From assembly GCA_965242695.1 (NCBI GenBank), contig CBDESU010000001.1, forward strand, positions 800,001 through 864,000: DNA of 64,000 nt. The letters are read 5' to 3'. The translations under genes were made by a program, and so were the position numbers. Positions 39,131 through 49,259 of this stretch are shown here, in pieces. This DNA comes from Cenarchaeum sp. Lineage in GTDB: Archaea > Thermoproteota > Nitrososphaeria > Nitrososphaerales > Nitrosopumilaceae. The notes under the pieces are model-generated. The model was not told where the DNA came from. It was given only the letters and a program-made list of their open reading frames with translations, and did no database searches. The first letter of the stretch is position 1. Every line of letters begins with the position of its first letter.

Positions 39131-40260
39131 GTGCCATGAATTGGGCCGAGATACGCGCACGCGCCGCTAGGTTTGCAAACGATTGGAAGGGCGCCTCGTA
39201 CGAGAGGGGTGAGGCGCAGTCGTTCTACGACGATTTTTTCCGCGTCTTTGGAAGGGATCGGCGCCTCGTTGCGGCCTTTGAGAGACAGGTCAAGAGGCTG
39301 GACACGGCGAAGTCTGGGTTCATTGACCTCTTGTGGCCGGGCGTACTCATTGCCGAGCACAAGAGCGCCGGCTACGACTTAGACAAGGCGATGAGGCAGG
39401 CCGAGGAGTACGTCGTCTCTCTGCCCGAGCCAGAGTTCCCGCGGTATCTCCTCGCATGTGACTTTGAGCAGTTCTTACTCGTCGACTTGGAAAAGCGCAC
39501 CGAGAGTAGGTTTCCACTTTCCGATCTGCCGGATCACGTGGGCGAGTTTGCGTTCATGGCCGGAAGGGGGCCCCCTCCCCGGTCCGGTGCGGAAAGGCCC
39601 GTTGACATAAGGGCATCCGCAATGATGGGAGAGATATTCACAATGTTGAGCCACCAAGGGTACTACTCGCCTCATGTGGAGCAGTTCCTAGTTCGCCTCG
39701 CATTTTGTATGTTTGCTGAGGATACAGGAATATTCGACAAGGGGATATTCGAGGCGTACGTCCGAACGCGCACCTTGCCGGATGGCTCCGATCTCGGCCC
39801 ACGCCTTGTCAATCTCTTCGAGGTGCTCGACACGCCGGGGGCCAGCCGCCAGGGCAACCTTGACGACGACCTCAAGGCGTTTCCATACGTGGACGGGGGG
39901 CTTTTTGCAGGGCAGATTGCGATTCCGGCATGCGACGCAGATCTGCGCCGCCTAGTCCCGAGGTCGTGCGAGTTCGACTGGTCCCGCGTATCTCCTGTGA
40001 TCTTTGGCAATCTCTTCCAAGGCGTCATGGATCCCGTTGAAAAGCACAGGGAAGGGGCCCACTACACGACAGAGCGGAACATTATGCGAGTGATTGGGCC
40101 TCTCTTTCTCGATGAACTAAAGGCAGATGCCAATGCTCTACTCTCGGACGACTTTGGCAATCTCTTCCAAGGGGGGGGGGGGGGGGGGGGGGGGAGGAGT
40201 GGCCCTACTTCTCATAAAAAAGAGATCGAGCGGTTTCAAGGCCGATTGTCGGAACTAAAG
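39127..40260 (+). pseudogene. MmeI-like Type IIL/IIG restriction-modification enzyme, 5' part (IS-interrupted)
   Basis: MNWAEIRARA, GFIDLLWPG.LIAEHKS (PD-ExK), FAEDTGIF, FPYVDGGLF, GAHYT. Confidence 0.88.
40171..40194 (+). repeat. Poly-G tract (G24) inside the R-M gene
   Basis: 24 G counted; in frame, encoding Gly8. Confidence 0.85.
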
Positions 40261-41726
40261 TAGTAAACGAGTTAGGGAATGAGAGTATACGGGGACAAAT
40301 CTTGGTTGTAGCGGCCAATAGACGGCAATTTTGGCGTCAACGAGGCAAAAAACCGCCCGAATGTCGCCAAACGGGCAGGGGCCACCAATTTTATGGCGCA
40401 GGAACATTTTGGGGTGACACTGCAGGGGAAATCGACCTGAAATTGGCAGGAAGGTTCGGGGCCGCGGGCCCGCCGCGCGTCCCGCGGCGGCGCGTGTGAT
40501 GCCAGCGCGCGGATCAGTTGTAGTACGGAGAGTGCACGACCTTTTTTTCCACCCTGACGGTGCAGCGGCGCGGCCTCGGCCTGTTCTTGTCCCTTGCATA
40601 CGAGGCGATCGGCACGATCAGGGCGTCGTCGCTCAGCAGAACCTTGCGCACGCCCTTCTTCAGGGCTTCGGTGTCGGCAAACGCGATGTTGGCAATCGCC
40701 TTGCGTATCACGCGCCACTGGATCTCGATCGAGTTGAGCTCGGGCGTGTACGGCGGCAGGTACACGAGGACCAGGCGGCCGCCGAACTCTTCCTCCAGGC
40801 TCTCAATGTTGCCTGCATGGTGGGCCGATGCGTTGTCGAGGATCGCCATGACCCACTCCCTGCGGGCCAGCTGCTTGCGCAGGAACCACTCGATGGCTTC
40901 GCTGTTGATCTTGTCAAAGAACTCTATGTCCAGCTCCCCGTCGTACAGGGCGCCGAGCATGTGGGTCCTCTTGCGGGACAGCGTGACGGGCGCAAACCGC
41001 GTCTTTCCGGTCGGGTACCAGCCGCGCTGCATGTTCCACCCCGCGATGAGCGAGGCCGAGTCGATCATGCAAACCGAGCAGCCCTTCCGCCACCCCCTCA
41101 TGGCGGCGACCCTGCGCTTGAACCTGGCCATTTCCTTCTTGGTGGCCGCCTTGGGGTGCCGCGGCCGCGGAACCCTGCTGGACAGCCCGATGCGGTGCAG
41201 CAACAGCTGCATCCCGCGCACGCCGTAGTCCACCTTGAACTCCCTCTTGACGACGGGAATCAGACGCCGCGCCGTCCACGCGTCGCCCGAATAGCCGTGC
41301 TTGGCGGGGCCCTCCTCGACTATCTCGTACAGCTTCCTGCACTGGTCGTCGTCAAGGCGGCACCTTGCGCCCTGCCTCTTCTTGAGGTCTAGGGCTGAGG
41401 GGCCCTCGCGCGCAACGGCCAGCAGCCAACGGTGCACGGTCGAGTATGGTACCTCTAGCTCGGCCGCAATGGCCGGAATCTCCATGCCCTTCTTGCGTTT
41501 TATGCATGCCTTGATGCGGTCTGCCTTTGTCCTGTTGGTTTCCTTCTTGAGCATCTTCTTTAGCTTGCCCACGGGATAGTTGATCAAAAGCTTTCCGCCC
41601 TTGGGTATCTCCTTACTTATTCTCATTGCCCGGCAGCGATCTACACCGTGTTTTTAATGTATGCCGCCCCGGCAGGCCACGGCCACCTGCCCCCCTGCAT
41701 TCTCTCATCTTTAGACTCGTTTACTA
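40261..41726 (-). mobile_element. IS630-family insertion sequence
   Basis: TIR tagtaaacgagt... / ...actcgtttacta (12 bp perfect, about 25 bp imperfect); removal rejoins LSELK to LLDPACGSG. Confidence 0.9.
40514..41626 (-). CDS. IS630 transposase (HTH plus DDE)
   Basis: STVHRW HTH, WTARRL, ILDNASAH, YLPPYTPELNSIEIQW. Confidence 0.9.
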   Translation of the reverse strand: MRISKEIPKGGKLLINYPVGKLKKMLKKETNRTKADRIKACIKRKKGMEIPAIAAELEVPYSTVHRWLLAVAREGPSALDLKKRQGARCRLDDDQCRKLYEIVEEGPAKHGYSGDAWTARRLIPVVKREFKVDYGVRGMQLLLHRIGLSSRVPRPRHPKAATKKEMARFKRRVAAMRGWRKGCSVCMIDSASLIAGWNMQRGWYPTGKTRFAPVTLSRKRTHMLGALYDGELDIEFFDKINSEAIEWFLRKQLARREWVMAILDNASAHHAGNIESLEEEFGGRLVLVYLPPYTPELNSIEIQWRVIRKAIANIAFADTEALKKGVRKVLLSDDALIVPIASYARDKNRPRPRRCTVRVEKKVVHSPYYN

Positions 41727-41728
41727 AG

Positions 41729-43381
41729 CTACTCGATCCGGCATGTGGGTCTGGAAATTTTCTGATCATAGCATACCGCGAGATCCGGCGGCTCGAGCTG
41801 CGCGTTATTGCCACTCTGCATGATGTCAAAGACCAGCGGCTTGATGTTTCATCTCTCTCAAAGGTTGACGTAAGCCAGTTCTTTGGAATAGAGAAGAACG
41901 AGTTCTCGGCCCGCATAGCAGAGGTGGGTATGTGGATGATGGATCACCTCATGAACCGCGAGCTCGGCGACATGTTCGGACATGCGTACAGCCGAATACC
42001 GATCCGCAAGTCGCCGAGCATCACCATCGCCGACGCATTGGAAGATGATTGGGGGGCGGTGCTGCCGCCGGAGCTCTGCTCGTACGTGCTGGGCAATCCG
42101 CCGTTCGGCGGCGCCAAGGTCATGACAAAAGCACAACGCGCCCAAATCCGCAGCATCGCTTCCGCGGGTAGGGGCGAGCGTAGCGGCATTCTAGACTACG
42201 TGTCCGGTTGGTTTATCATGGCATCTCGCTATGCAAAAGGGTCAACCCGTATCGGCCTCGTTGCGACTAGCAGTATCGCACAGGGCGAACAGGTGTCGCA
42301 GCTGTGGCCCACAGTGCTAGGATCTGGCCTTGATATCGTCTTTGCCCACCAGCAGTTCAAGTGGGGATCGGATGCTAAGGGCAAGGCGGCCGTATCAGTA
42401 GTCATAGTGGGGATGGCAAGAGATGCCGGTGGCGAGAAGAGGCGGCTATACTACCACGGAGGCGGCACTACCGCGCTGGAAGAAAATCCGATGCATATAT
42501 CTCCATATTTGATAGGCTCTGCGAAACCCCTCCCGTTAGTAGCTAGCGCCATAACAACACTCAACGGCTTGCCGCCCATGGAGATGGGATCAAAAGCGAT
42601 CGATGGTGGATACTATATACTCAGCGACAAGGAAAGGAAAGAGTTTCTAGAAAAGGAGCCCCAGGCGGAGGAGTTCATTCGACCATTTATTGGCACCCGC
42701 GAGTTTCTTAATAGTGTGGGAAGGTGGATATTTGCACTCCACAATGCCGAGCCGGATCGCCTGCGCTCCATGCCCGAGACAATGAAGCTCGTGCATGCAG
42801 TAAGAAAATTCCGCTTGGCGAGCCGGAGCGGTCCAACACGTGATCTTGCCGCGACGCCGACGAGGTACCACCTCAATGTGCTGCCCGACGCGCAGTTCTT
42901 GGTCATTCCCCGCATCAACGTCGAGCGCCGTGAGTACCTGCCCGTCGGCTACTTGGAGCCGCCGACCATACCGAGCGATTCGGTCATGGTAGTGAGGGGG
43001 GCTAGCCTCGGTCTGTTTGGACTCGTGTCGTCGTCGATGCACATGACATGGCTTAGGAGAATAGGCGGGAGGCTAGGCGACGGGCTAAGGTACTCAAAGG
43101 AGATTGTGTACAACACCTTTCCGGTCCCGTGTCCTGATCTGAGGCCACTCGAGGCCGCGGCGCGCGGCGTACTGGCGGCGCGCGCAAGGCACCACGGCTC
43201 GACGCTTGCCGACCTGTACGACCCCGATGCGATGCCGGCCGACCTGCGCAGGGCCCACCGTGCGCTGGACAGGAGGGTCGATCGGCTGTACCGGCGCGAG
43301 CCGTTCAGGACGGACATGGACAGGCTCGAGTTTCTGCTCGACAGGTACGAGAAGATGGCGGGGCGGGGCGGGGGCGGCTAG
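41729..43381 (+). pseudogene. MmeI-like R-M enzyme, 3' part (N6-adenine MTase plus target recognition domain)
   Basis: LDPACGSGNF, GNPPF, SIAQGEQV, ERREYLPVG, VYNTFP, TLADLYDP. Confidence 0.88.
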
Positions 43382-43569
43382 CCGCGCCCTTTGGCCGGGC
43401 GGCATTCGATTCCGCCGCGGCGCGGCAGGCAGCGGCGCGGGATGCGCCGTGTCGGAGGTGCCAGGGCGCAGAGCGGGCCGCGGCAGGAGGAACGCCGGTC
43501 TGCTCCAAGGGGGCGGCGGCCCGACCGCGCCGCAAAACGGCATAAAGCGGCGGGAACGGGCCGGCCGGC

Positions 43570-44380
43570 ATGGGCGCGGCCGGCGGACCGGATGCCGGAT
43601 CGGCGGCTGCGCGCGTGTGGGCCGCGGCGGCCGCTGCAAGGGCGTGGACCGCCGCCGTGTACAACCTGGCCGCATGGGGATCGTACCGGCAGGGATGGGA
43701 TGCCATGGCCGAGTCGGCGGCGGCCGGCCGCAACGCGGCCGCTGCCTGCGGCGAGGCCGTGGGAAGGGACGGCCGGATGGACAGTGCGGCCCTTGAGAAT
43801 ACGGCGTCTACGCTCAAGGCCGCGGCGCGGGCGCAGCGGCGCGCAGGGGCCGCGTTTAGGGCGGCGGCCGCGCACGCGAGGTCGTCGGCGGCCGGGCAAA
43901 AGCGGGCGGCGGCGGCCGCGTATGCGATGGCGAACGGCTCGTAGGGCCGGCGAGCGTTCCGCGGGCGGGCCGCGCAGGCGCGCAGGATGGCGCGGGCGGC
44001 GGGCAGGCGGGCCGAAGGCGGACACTGACGCGAAGACGACCCGAACGGCGTCGCGCATGTGGAAGAAAAACGCGGCCCGGTGGGCGGACGGGGGCGCATG
44101 GCCGGGCGGCAGGGCCGCATGGGCCGACAGACGGGCCGCGATACGCGCCGACGCCGAGCGCGATCGCGCAATGTGGTCGGGCAAGGCGGAAGGTGCGAAC
44201 AGTACGGCACGGGCGGCGGCCGGCGGCATGCGGCAGTGCGCGGACGCGGCCGCAAGCGCCGCCGATGCGGCGGGGCTGCCCGGCGCGGCTCCGCCCGGCG
44301 CGCAAGGGGCCGCGGCGGCGTGGGAGGAGGCCATGGAGTCGGCCTGGCGCGCGGCCGCCGCGTGCCGGCCCGCCGAGCGA
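43570..44380 (+). pseudogene. Family H subtype C paralogue, disrupted
   Basis: Homology to 13939 continues past TAG 43942 and a frameshift near 44015 (GGAWPGGRAAW...AWEEAME). Confidence 0.65.
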
Positions 44381-44450
44381 TTGGAACAGGGCGGCCCGGC
44401 GCGCGGCGGATGGAACGGCATAAAGGCGCCGCGCGGCGGCGCCGCGGCGG

Positions 44451-45300
44451 ATGGGGGCGGAACCGGCCGATGCGGCCGTGCTGTGGGAGGCGGCCGCCGA
44501 TGCCATGTCGTGGACGGCGGCCATGCGCGCTCACGACTCGCTGGCGGAGTGCCGGAAGGGATGGGCGGCAAGGGTCGAGTTCGGCGATGCGATGAAGGGG
44601 GCCGCGGAGAAGTGCGGGCGGATCGTCGACGGACGGGGGATGGTGGACACCGCCTCGATCGGGCTGGCGGGGGATGCGATGAGGAGGGCCGCGGACCCGC
44701 TGGTGCGGGCGTCCAGGGCGTTTGCGCGGTCGTCCCGGCTCGACAAGGCGGCGGGGGCCGAGCTGGACCGGGCGTCCAGGGCGTACGGGCGGGCGGAGGA
44801 CCCGGAATACGCCGCGGCCGTGGCCGAGCGGGCCGCCCGCTCGCGCGCGCGACCATGCGCTGTCTTCGGCGGGGATGGCGAAGACCTCGCTGGACAGGGC
44901 CGAGTCGCTCGTGCGCGATGCGGCAAAGCTGGCGGCCGCCGCCGCGGCCAAGCAGCCGCCGCCCGGGCCCGCTCGGCGGTCGGACCTCGCCGAGATGTCG
45001 TCGCCGCAGGCCGACATGTGGGAGGGCGCAAAGCAGGATCGCCTAGAGTCTGTGGTAGCGCTCGGCAGGATGGACGAGGCCGTGCAGGCGACGGCGCGGA
45101 TACGGCAGCTTACGGCAAGGGCGGCCGAGATGTCGGCGGCGCGGGCGGCCGCGGCGGCGGCGCGGGGGCGGGGCAGTCCGGACGTGGAAAGGGCGGCCGC
45201 GGCGTGGAGGAGGGCCGTGGCAAAGGCGCACGGCGTGGAGGACAGATCGCGGCGGCGGGATGCGAATCGGGCCGCACAGGCAGGCCCGCCAGTCTTATAA
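44451..45300 (+). pseudogene. Family H subtype A paralogue, frameshifted at a (CG)n run near 44843
   Basis: N-half VLWEAAADAMSW; C-half QADMWE...AAAAWRRA in another frame. Confidence 0.65.
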
Positions 45301-45323
45301 CGCGCCGCGGGTTGCGCGGCGCG

Positions 45324-46022
45324 ATGTCGGGGCAGGCTGCCGCCTGCAGGATGTGCGGCGCGGGCTTTGCGCGGTACGGCCGCGGCGCCGGCGCCCTCTG
45401 CAAGCGGTGCGCGGCAAAGGCCGGCAGGGAGGCGGGCAGGGCGCTGCGCGCAAGCTGCAAGGCGTGCGGCAAGGGGTTTGCCGCGTCCACCCGCTCCGCC
45501 CGCTACTGCTCGGCCGAGTGCCGCGCAGACGGCGCGCGCCGCCGCAACCGCGAGCACCAGCGCAAGTACATGGCAGACCCGGCGAGGCGCGCCCTGGCCA
45601 TGGCGCGAATGAGGGTCGCCGCGGCGGCCCGCGCGACCCGCGAGAGGGGCGGGAGGCCGCCGCGGCGGCAGGCGCCTCCCCGCGTGGACCCGAACGCCGC
45701 GCCGTCCGTGTGCAGGCTGTGCGGGCGCGGCTTTGCGCAGTACGGCGGCAGCAACCGGCACGCCTACTGCAGGCGGTGCACGGCAAAGGCCGACAGGGAG
45801 ATGGGCAGGACGCTGCGCGCAAGCTGCAAGGCGTGCGGCAAGAAGTTCTCGACGGCCAGCCGCGCCGTGCGCTACTGCTCGGCCGAGTGCCGCGCCGAGG
45901 GCCTGCGGAGCAGCCGCCGGGGAAGCGACAGGAGGCTCAAGACCGATACGAAGAAGCGCGCCACGGCGGGGGCCCGAAAGGGGGCGCGCAGCGCCGCCCG
46001 CAGGGGCGGGGCGGGCCGGTGA
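45324..46022 (+). CDS. Basic tandem zinc-finger protein, family Z
   Basis: Same architecture; promoter at about 45288-45299. Confidence 0.8.
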   Translation: MSGQAAACRMCGAGFARYGRGAGALCKRCAAKAGREAGRALRASCKACGKGFAASTRSARYCSAECRADGARRRNREHQRKYMADPARRALAMARMRVAAAARATRERGGRPPRRQAPPRVDPNAAPSVCRLCGRGFAQYGGSNRHAYCRRCTAKADREMGRTLRASCKACGKKFSTASRAVRYCSAECRAEGLRSSRRGSDRRLKTDTKKRATAGARKGARSAARRGGAGR

Positions 46023-46112
46023 CGCGGGCGGCGCATGCGGGCCGCCCCCTCCGCCGGCGCGCGCACCGGCCGGCCCGCCAGCCTTATATCTGCATATTCG
46101 ATGCGCGGCGCG

Positions 46113-46811
46113 ATGGCCGGCCCGACCGCATGCCGTACGTGCGGGCGCGGCCTCGAGCGGCACGGCGGCCGCAGCCGCGCCTTCTGCAAGGAGTGCGCGG
46201 CAAGGGCCGACAGGGAGATCGCCAGGAAGCCGCGCGTCAAGTGCAAGGAGTGCGGCAAGAGGTTTACCGCTGCGAGCAGGATCGTCCGTTACTGCTCGAG
46301 GGGGTGCCGCGCCGAGTTCGCGCGCCGCTACAACCGCGAGTACCAGCGAAAGCTGCTGGCCGACCCGGAAAAGCGAGCCATAATCCTGGCGCGCACAAGG
46401 GCATCGGCCGCGGCGCGAAGGGCGCGAAAGAGGGGCGGGAGGCCGCCGCAGCAGCAGCCGCCGATGCGCGTGGACCCGAACGCCGAGCCGTCCGTGTGCA
46501 GGCTGTGCGGGCGCAGCTTTGCGCAGTACGGGCGCACCAACCGCCACGTCTACTGCAGGCAGTGCACCGCAAGGGCCGACAGGGAGATCGCCAGGAATCT
46601 GCGCGTAAGGTGCAAGGAGTGCGGCAAGGCGTTCACCACGACCAAGCGCTCGGTCCGCTACTGCTCGGACGAGTGCAGCGCCGAGGGCGTTCGGCGCAGC
46701 CGCCGCAGGAGCAACGCTAGGCGCACGACCGACCCAGAGAGGCACGCCGCCAGGGCGGCGTACATGAGGGCGCGCAGCGCCGCCCGCGGGGGCAGGGAAC
46801 CGGGAGGATGA
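46113..46811 (+). CDS. Basic tandem zinc-finger protein, family Z
   Basis: Same architecture; promoter at about 46077-46088. Confidence 0.8.
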   Translation: MAGPTACRTCGRGLERHGGRSRAFCKECAARADREIARKPRVKCKECGKRFTAASRIVRYCSRGCRAEFARRYNREYQRKLLADPEKRAIILARTRASAAARRARKRGGRPPQQQPPMRVDPNAEPSVCRLCGRSFAQYGRTNRHVYCRQCTARADREIARNLRVRCKECGKAFTTTKRSVRYCSDECSAEGVRRSRRRSNARRTTDPERHAARAAYMRARSAARGGREPGG

Positions 46812-47112
46812 CGCGGGCGGCGCCCGTGGCATGCACTTCGCCAGGCCGAGCCCCCCGGAGGGCCGGATGCCGCCCGCAGGCCGGCCGATATCAGGCTGCC
46901 GGCGGCGGCGCGTGCGGGAGCGGCCGGATGCCGCCGGCCGTGCCTGCGGGCTAGGCGGCCATTGAAAACTCGCGGCCGCACGCCCGGCAGCGCAGGGCCG
47001 GCCCCTGCCCGGCCCCCGGCGCGGCGTTTCCGCCGTCGGTGCGCGCAAACCTGCGCCCACCGCACGAGGGGCATACGGGGCACGCCCTGCCGGCCCCGGC
47101 CATGCCACCGCC

Positions 47113-47652
47113 TCACGCCTCGGCCGGGACGGTGTCCGACTTTGACACGGCGGCGACCCTCTCGGCCCCTCCGATCTCGCGCATGTACCCGGCGACGGCG
47201 CGCGGGACTAGCCGCTCCCAAGAGCCGTCGCCGCGCGCCATCATCTCCCTGATGCCCGACCCGACGTACCGCGAGCGCTCGACCATCCGCGGCCGGTCGA
47301 CCCTCGCGCCGGCGCCGGAGAGCAGCAGGGCCACGTACGGGTTGCCGCTGAGCACGGCGCCAAACGGCGGCAGGGCCGACCGCAGGTGCGCGGCCCACGC
47401 CGCGTTGTCGGGCCTGTCGTCGATCGGCAGCACGATGCACCGCGACAGCGCCCCGTCCGGCCCCTCGTCCGCAAGGGCCCTGCGGACCATCTCTACGCGC
47501 TCGCCGGCCGTGAACGGGTCCCTCGGCAGGTAGTTGTACTGCGCGCTAGCCACGGCGACCACGGCCTCGTCGTACATGGACAGGGCCTGGCCTACCAGGT
47601 CCAGGTGCCCGAGGTGGAACGGCTGGAAGCGCCCGACGACAAGGCCCCTCAT
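47113..47652 (-). CDS. nadM: Nicotinamide-nucleotide adenylyltransferase (archaeal NadM)
   Basis: MRGLVVGRFQPFHLGH, DPFTAGER, SGNP, GSGIRE, WERLVP. Confidence 0.92.
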   Translation of the reverse strand: MRGLVVGRFQPFHLGHLDLVGQALSMYDEAVVAVASAQYNYLPRDPFTAGERVEMVRRALADEGPDGALSRCIVLPIDDRPDNAAWAAHLRSALPPFGAVLSGNPYVALLLSGAGARVDRPRMVERSRYVGSGIREMMARGDGSWERLVPRAVAGYMREIGGAERVAAVSKSDTVPAEA

Positions 47653-47680
47653 GCGGCCGCCGCGGCGGGCGGCGATTTAA

Positions 47681-48658
47681 CTATGGCGGGCCGCCGCCCG
47701 GCGGGACCAGCCTGCCGCTCCCCGCTATCCTGGTCGTGCCCGACTCTGGGCGCAGCACGACGGCCCTGTACGGGGCGGCCCATGCGGCGGGCTTTTCCAA
47801 GGCGATCCCGAGGCGACCGTCCCCCACGGACGCGATGCGCGCGGCCTTGACCTGCATGCCGATGCCTACCAGGCACCCCTGGCCGGCACCCATCGGCCCC
47901 TTGTAGAACGGGCTCGGCGCGTACTCTAGGGACACCTCTTGGCCGGCCGGGACGACCGCGCACCCGCCCTCGCCGCCGCGCCCGGCGACCACGTCGCCGC
48001 GCGATACGTCGTCGGGCCGCACCCCCTTGAGGGACAGCCCGACGCGCGCCGGAAACCGCGCCTCGTCGACGGGATCGTCGTGCATCTGGATGGACTTTAC
48101 GACGGCCTCTGCGCCGGACGGCTGTATCGACACCTCCTGGTACTTGTGGACGGTCCCGGCCTCGACCCTGCCGAGCGCGACCGTGCCGACCCCCTTTACG
48201 TCAAAGCAGTGGTCAATGGCGACGCGCAGGGGATCGTCCCTTTCCGCGCCCCCGCCGCCGAGCGGCCCGAGGGCATCGGCGGCCTCGCGCAACCCGTCGG
48301 GCCCCGCCCGGGCGTACCCCTCGAGGACCGTTCCCCGCACGAGCGCATCGAGCCTGCCCTCGTCTATCTCGTACGAGTGGCCGAGGACCCCGCCGCGCAT
48401 GCCGAGCATGTCGAGCGCGACGGCCTGCTCGCCGGTAAACCTGTCAAGGGACGCGACGTGGAACACGGCGTACTCGGCCATGCCGATCGCCTGTACGAGC
48501 GGCTGTATCCTGTCCGGAAACCCGCTCGGCGCGACGTACGTTCGCAGGACGCCGCCGCCCTTGCGGTCGTACAGCGCAAGGTCGCTTGTGGTCCCCCTCT
48601 TGCCGAGCTGCGATGCCACCTCTTGGTCGCCGAGGACGGCGATGTTTACAGAGTCCGT
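47681..48658 (-). CDS. SelB-like / EF-Tu domain protein lacking a canonical G1 motif
   Basis: GKRGTTSDL, IDHCFDVKGVGTVALG, VKSIQMHD, RVGLSLKG, DDVSRGD; frame open upstream to ACG 48658. Confidence 0.85.
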   Translation of the reverse strand, partial: TDSVNIAVLGDQEVASQLGKRGTTSDLALYDRKGGGVLRTYVAPSGFPDRIQPLVQAIGMAEYAVFHVASLDRFTGEQAVALDMLGMRGGVLGHSYEIDEGRLDALVRGTVLEGYARAGPDGLREAADALGPLGGGGAERDDPLRVAIDHCFDVKGVGTVALGRVEAGTVHKYQEVSIQPSGAEAVVKSIQMHDDPVDEARFPARVGLSLKGVRPDDVSRGDVVAGRGGEGGCAVVPAGQEVSLEYAPSPFYKGPMGAGQGCLVGIGMQVKAARIASVGDGRLGIALEKPAAWAAPYRAVVLRPESGTTRIAGSGRLVPPGGGPP

Positions 48659-49259
48659 GCGGCGCTGTGCGCGCGCGGCAATTTAACGGTGATCCGCCGG
48701 CCTGGGCGTGCATTCGTCCATGTGACGCCGTCCACTTTACGGCGCCGGGCGCCGCGGAAGGTGCTCTTGGAGGGCCGTGGGGGTGAGGGCTGTGCAGATG
48801 TGCCGAAAGCGGCGGAAGGCCGCGCCCGGCGTGCAGTGCGGCCAGTACGGGGGCGGGCGGGGCCGAAGCGGCGCCACCGCCTCGACTCTGCGCCTATTCC
48901 CCTTCGGCTCAGTCTTCGCACAACTTTGTCCCTCTGCCGCCCAGGTTTTCTCATAGGCGCGCCCGGCGCGCCGGCCTGGCGGGCCAGCCGGAGGGTGATC
49001 CTTGTCGACGGCCCGCTCCGTACCCCGTGCCCCCTACCCCCTACCCTCATGGCCGGCGTGGCTGCATTGGGAGGAGTGGGGGGAGGGAGAGTTCTGCGCC
49101 CGTCCACAGGGCGGTTTTACTGGCGGGGGGGGGGGGGGGGGGGCGCGGTACCCTCATATACCCTAGATCGGGCGCGCCGTCCTGAAAATGCACAAGAGAA
49201 ATGCGCCGATGGCCGGCCGACTCGCCGCGGTGCAGATTGCGGGGGGGGGGGGGTGAGCA

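Noticed and set aside
44451-46022. 523-aa H-Z fusion protein
   Set aside because: Artefact of the frameshift; the Z gene has its own promoter and ATG at 45324
43305-47108. 1267-aa minus-strand ORF and many similar long Arg/Pro/Ala ORFs (e.g. 5..1345, 2128..4074, 16801..19101)
   Set aside because: Shadow frames of GC-rich genes on the opposite strand; no motifs or promoters
47681-48658. True selenocysteine factor SelB
   Set aside because: Lacks the GHxDHGK G1 motif; no other Sec machinery is visible
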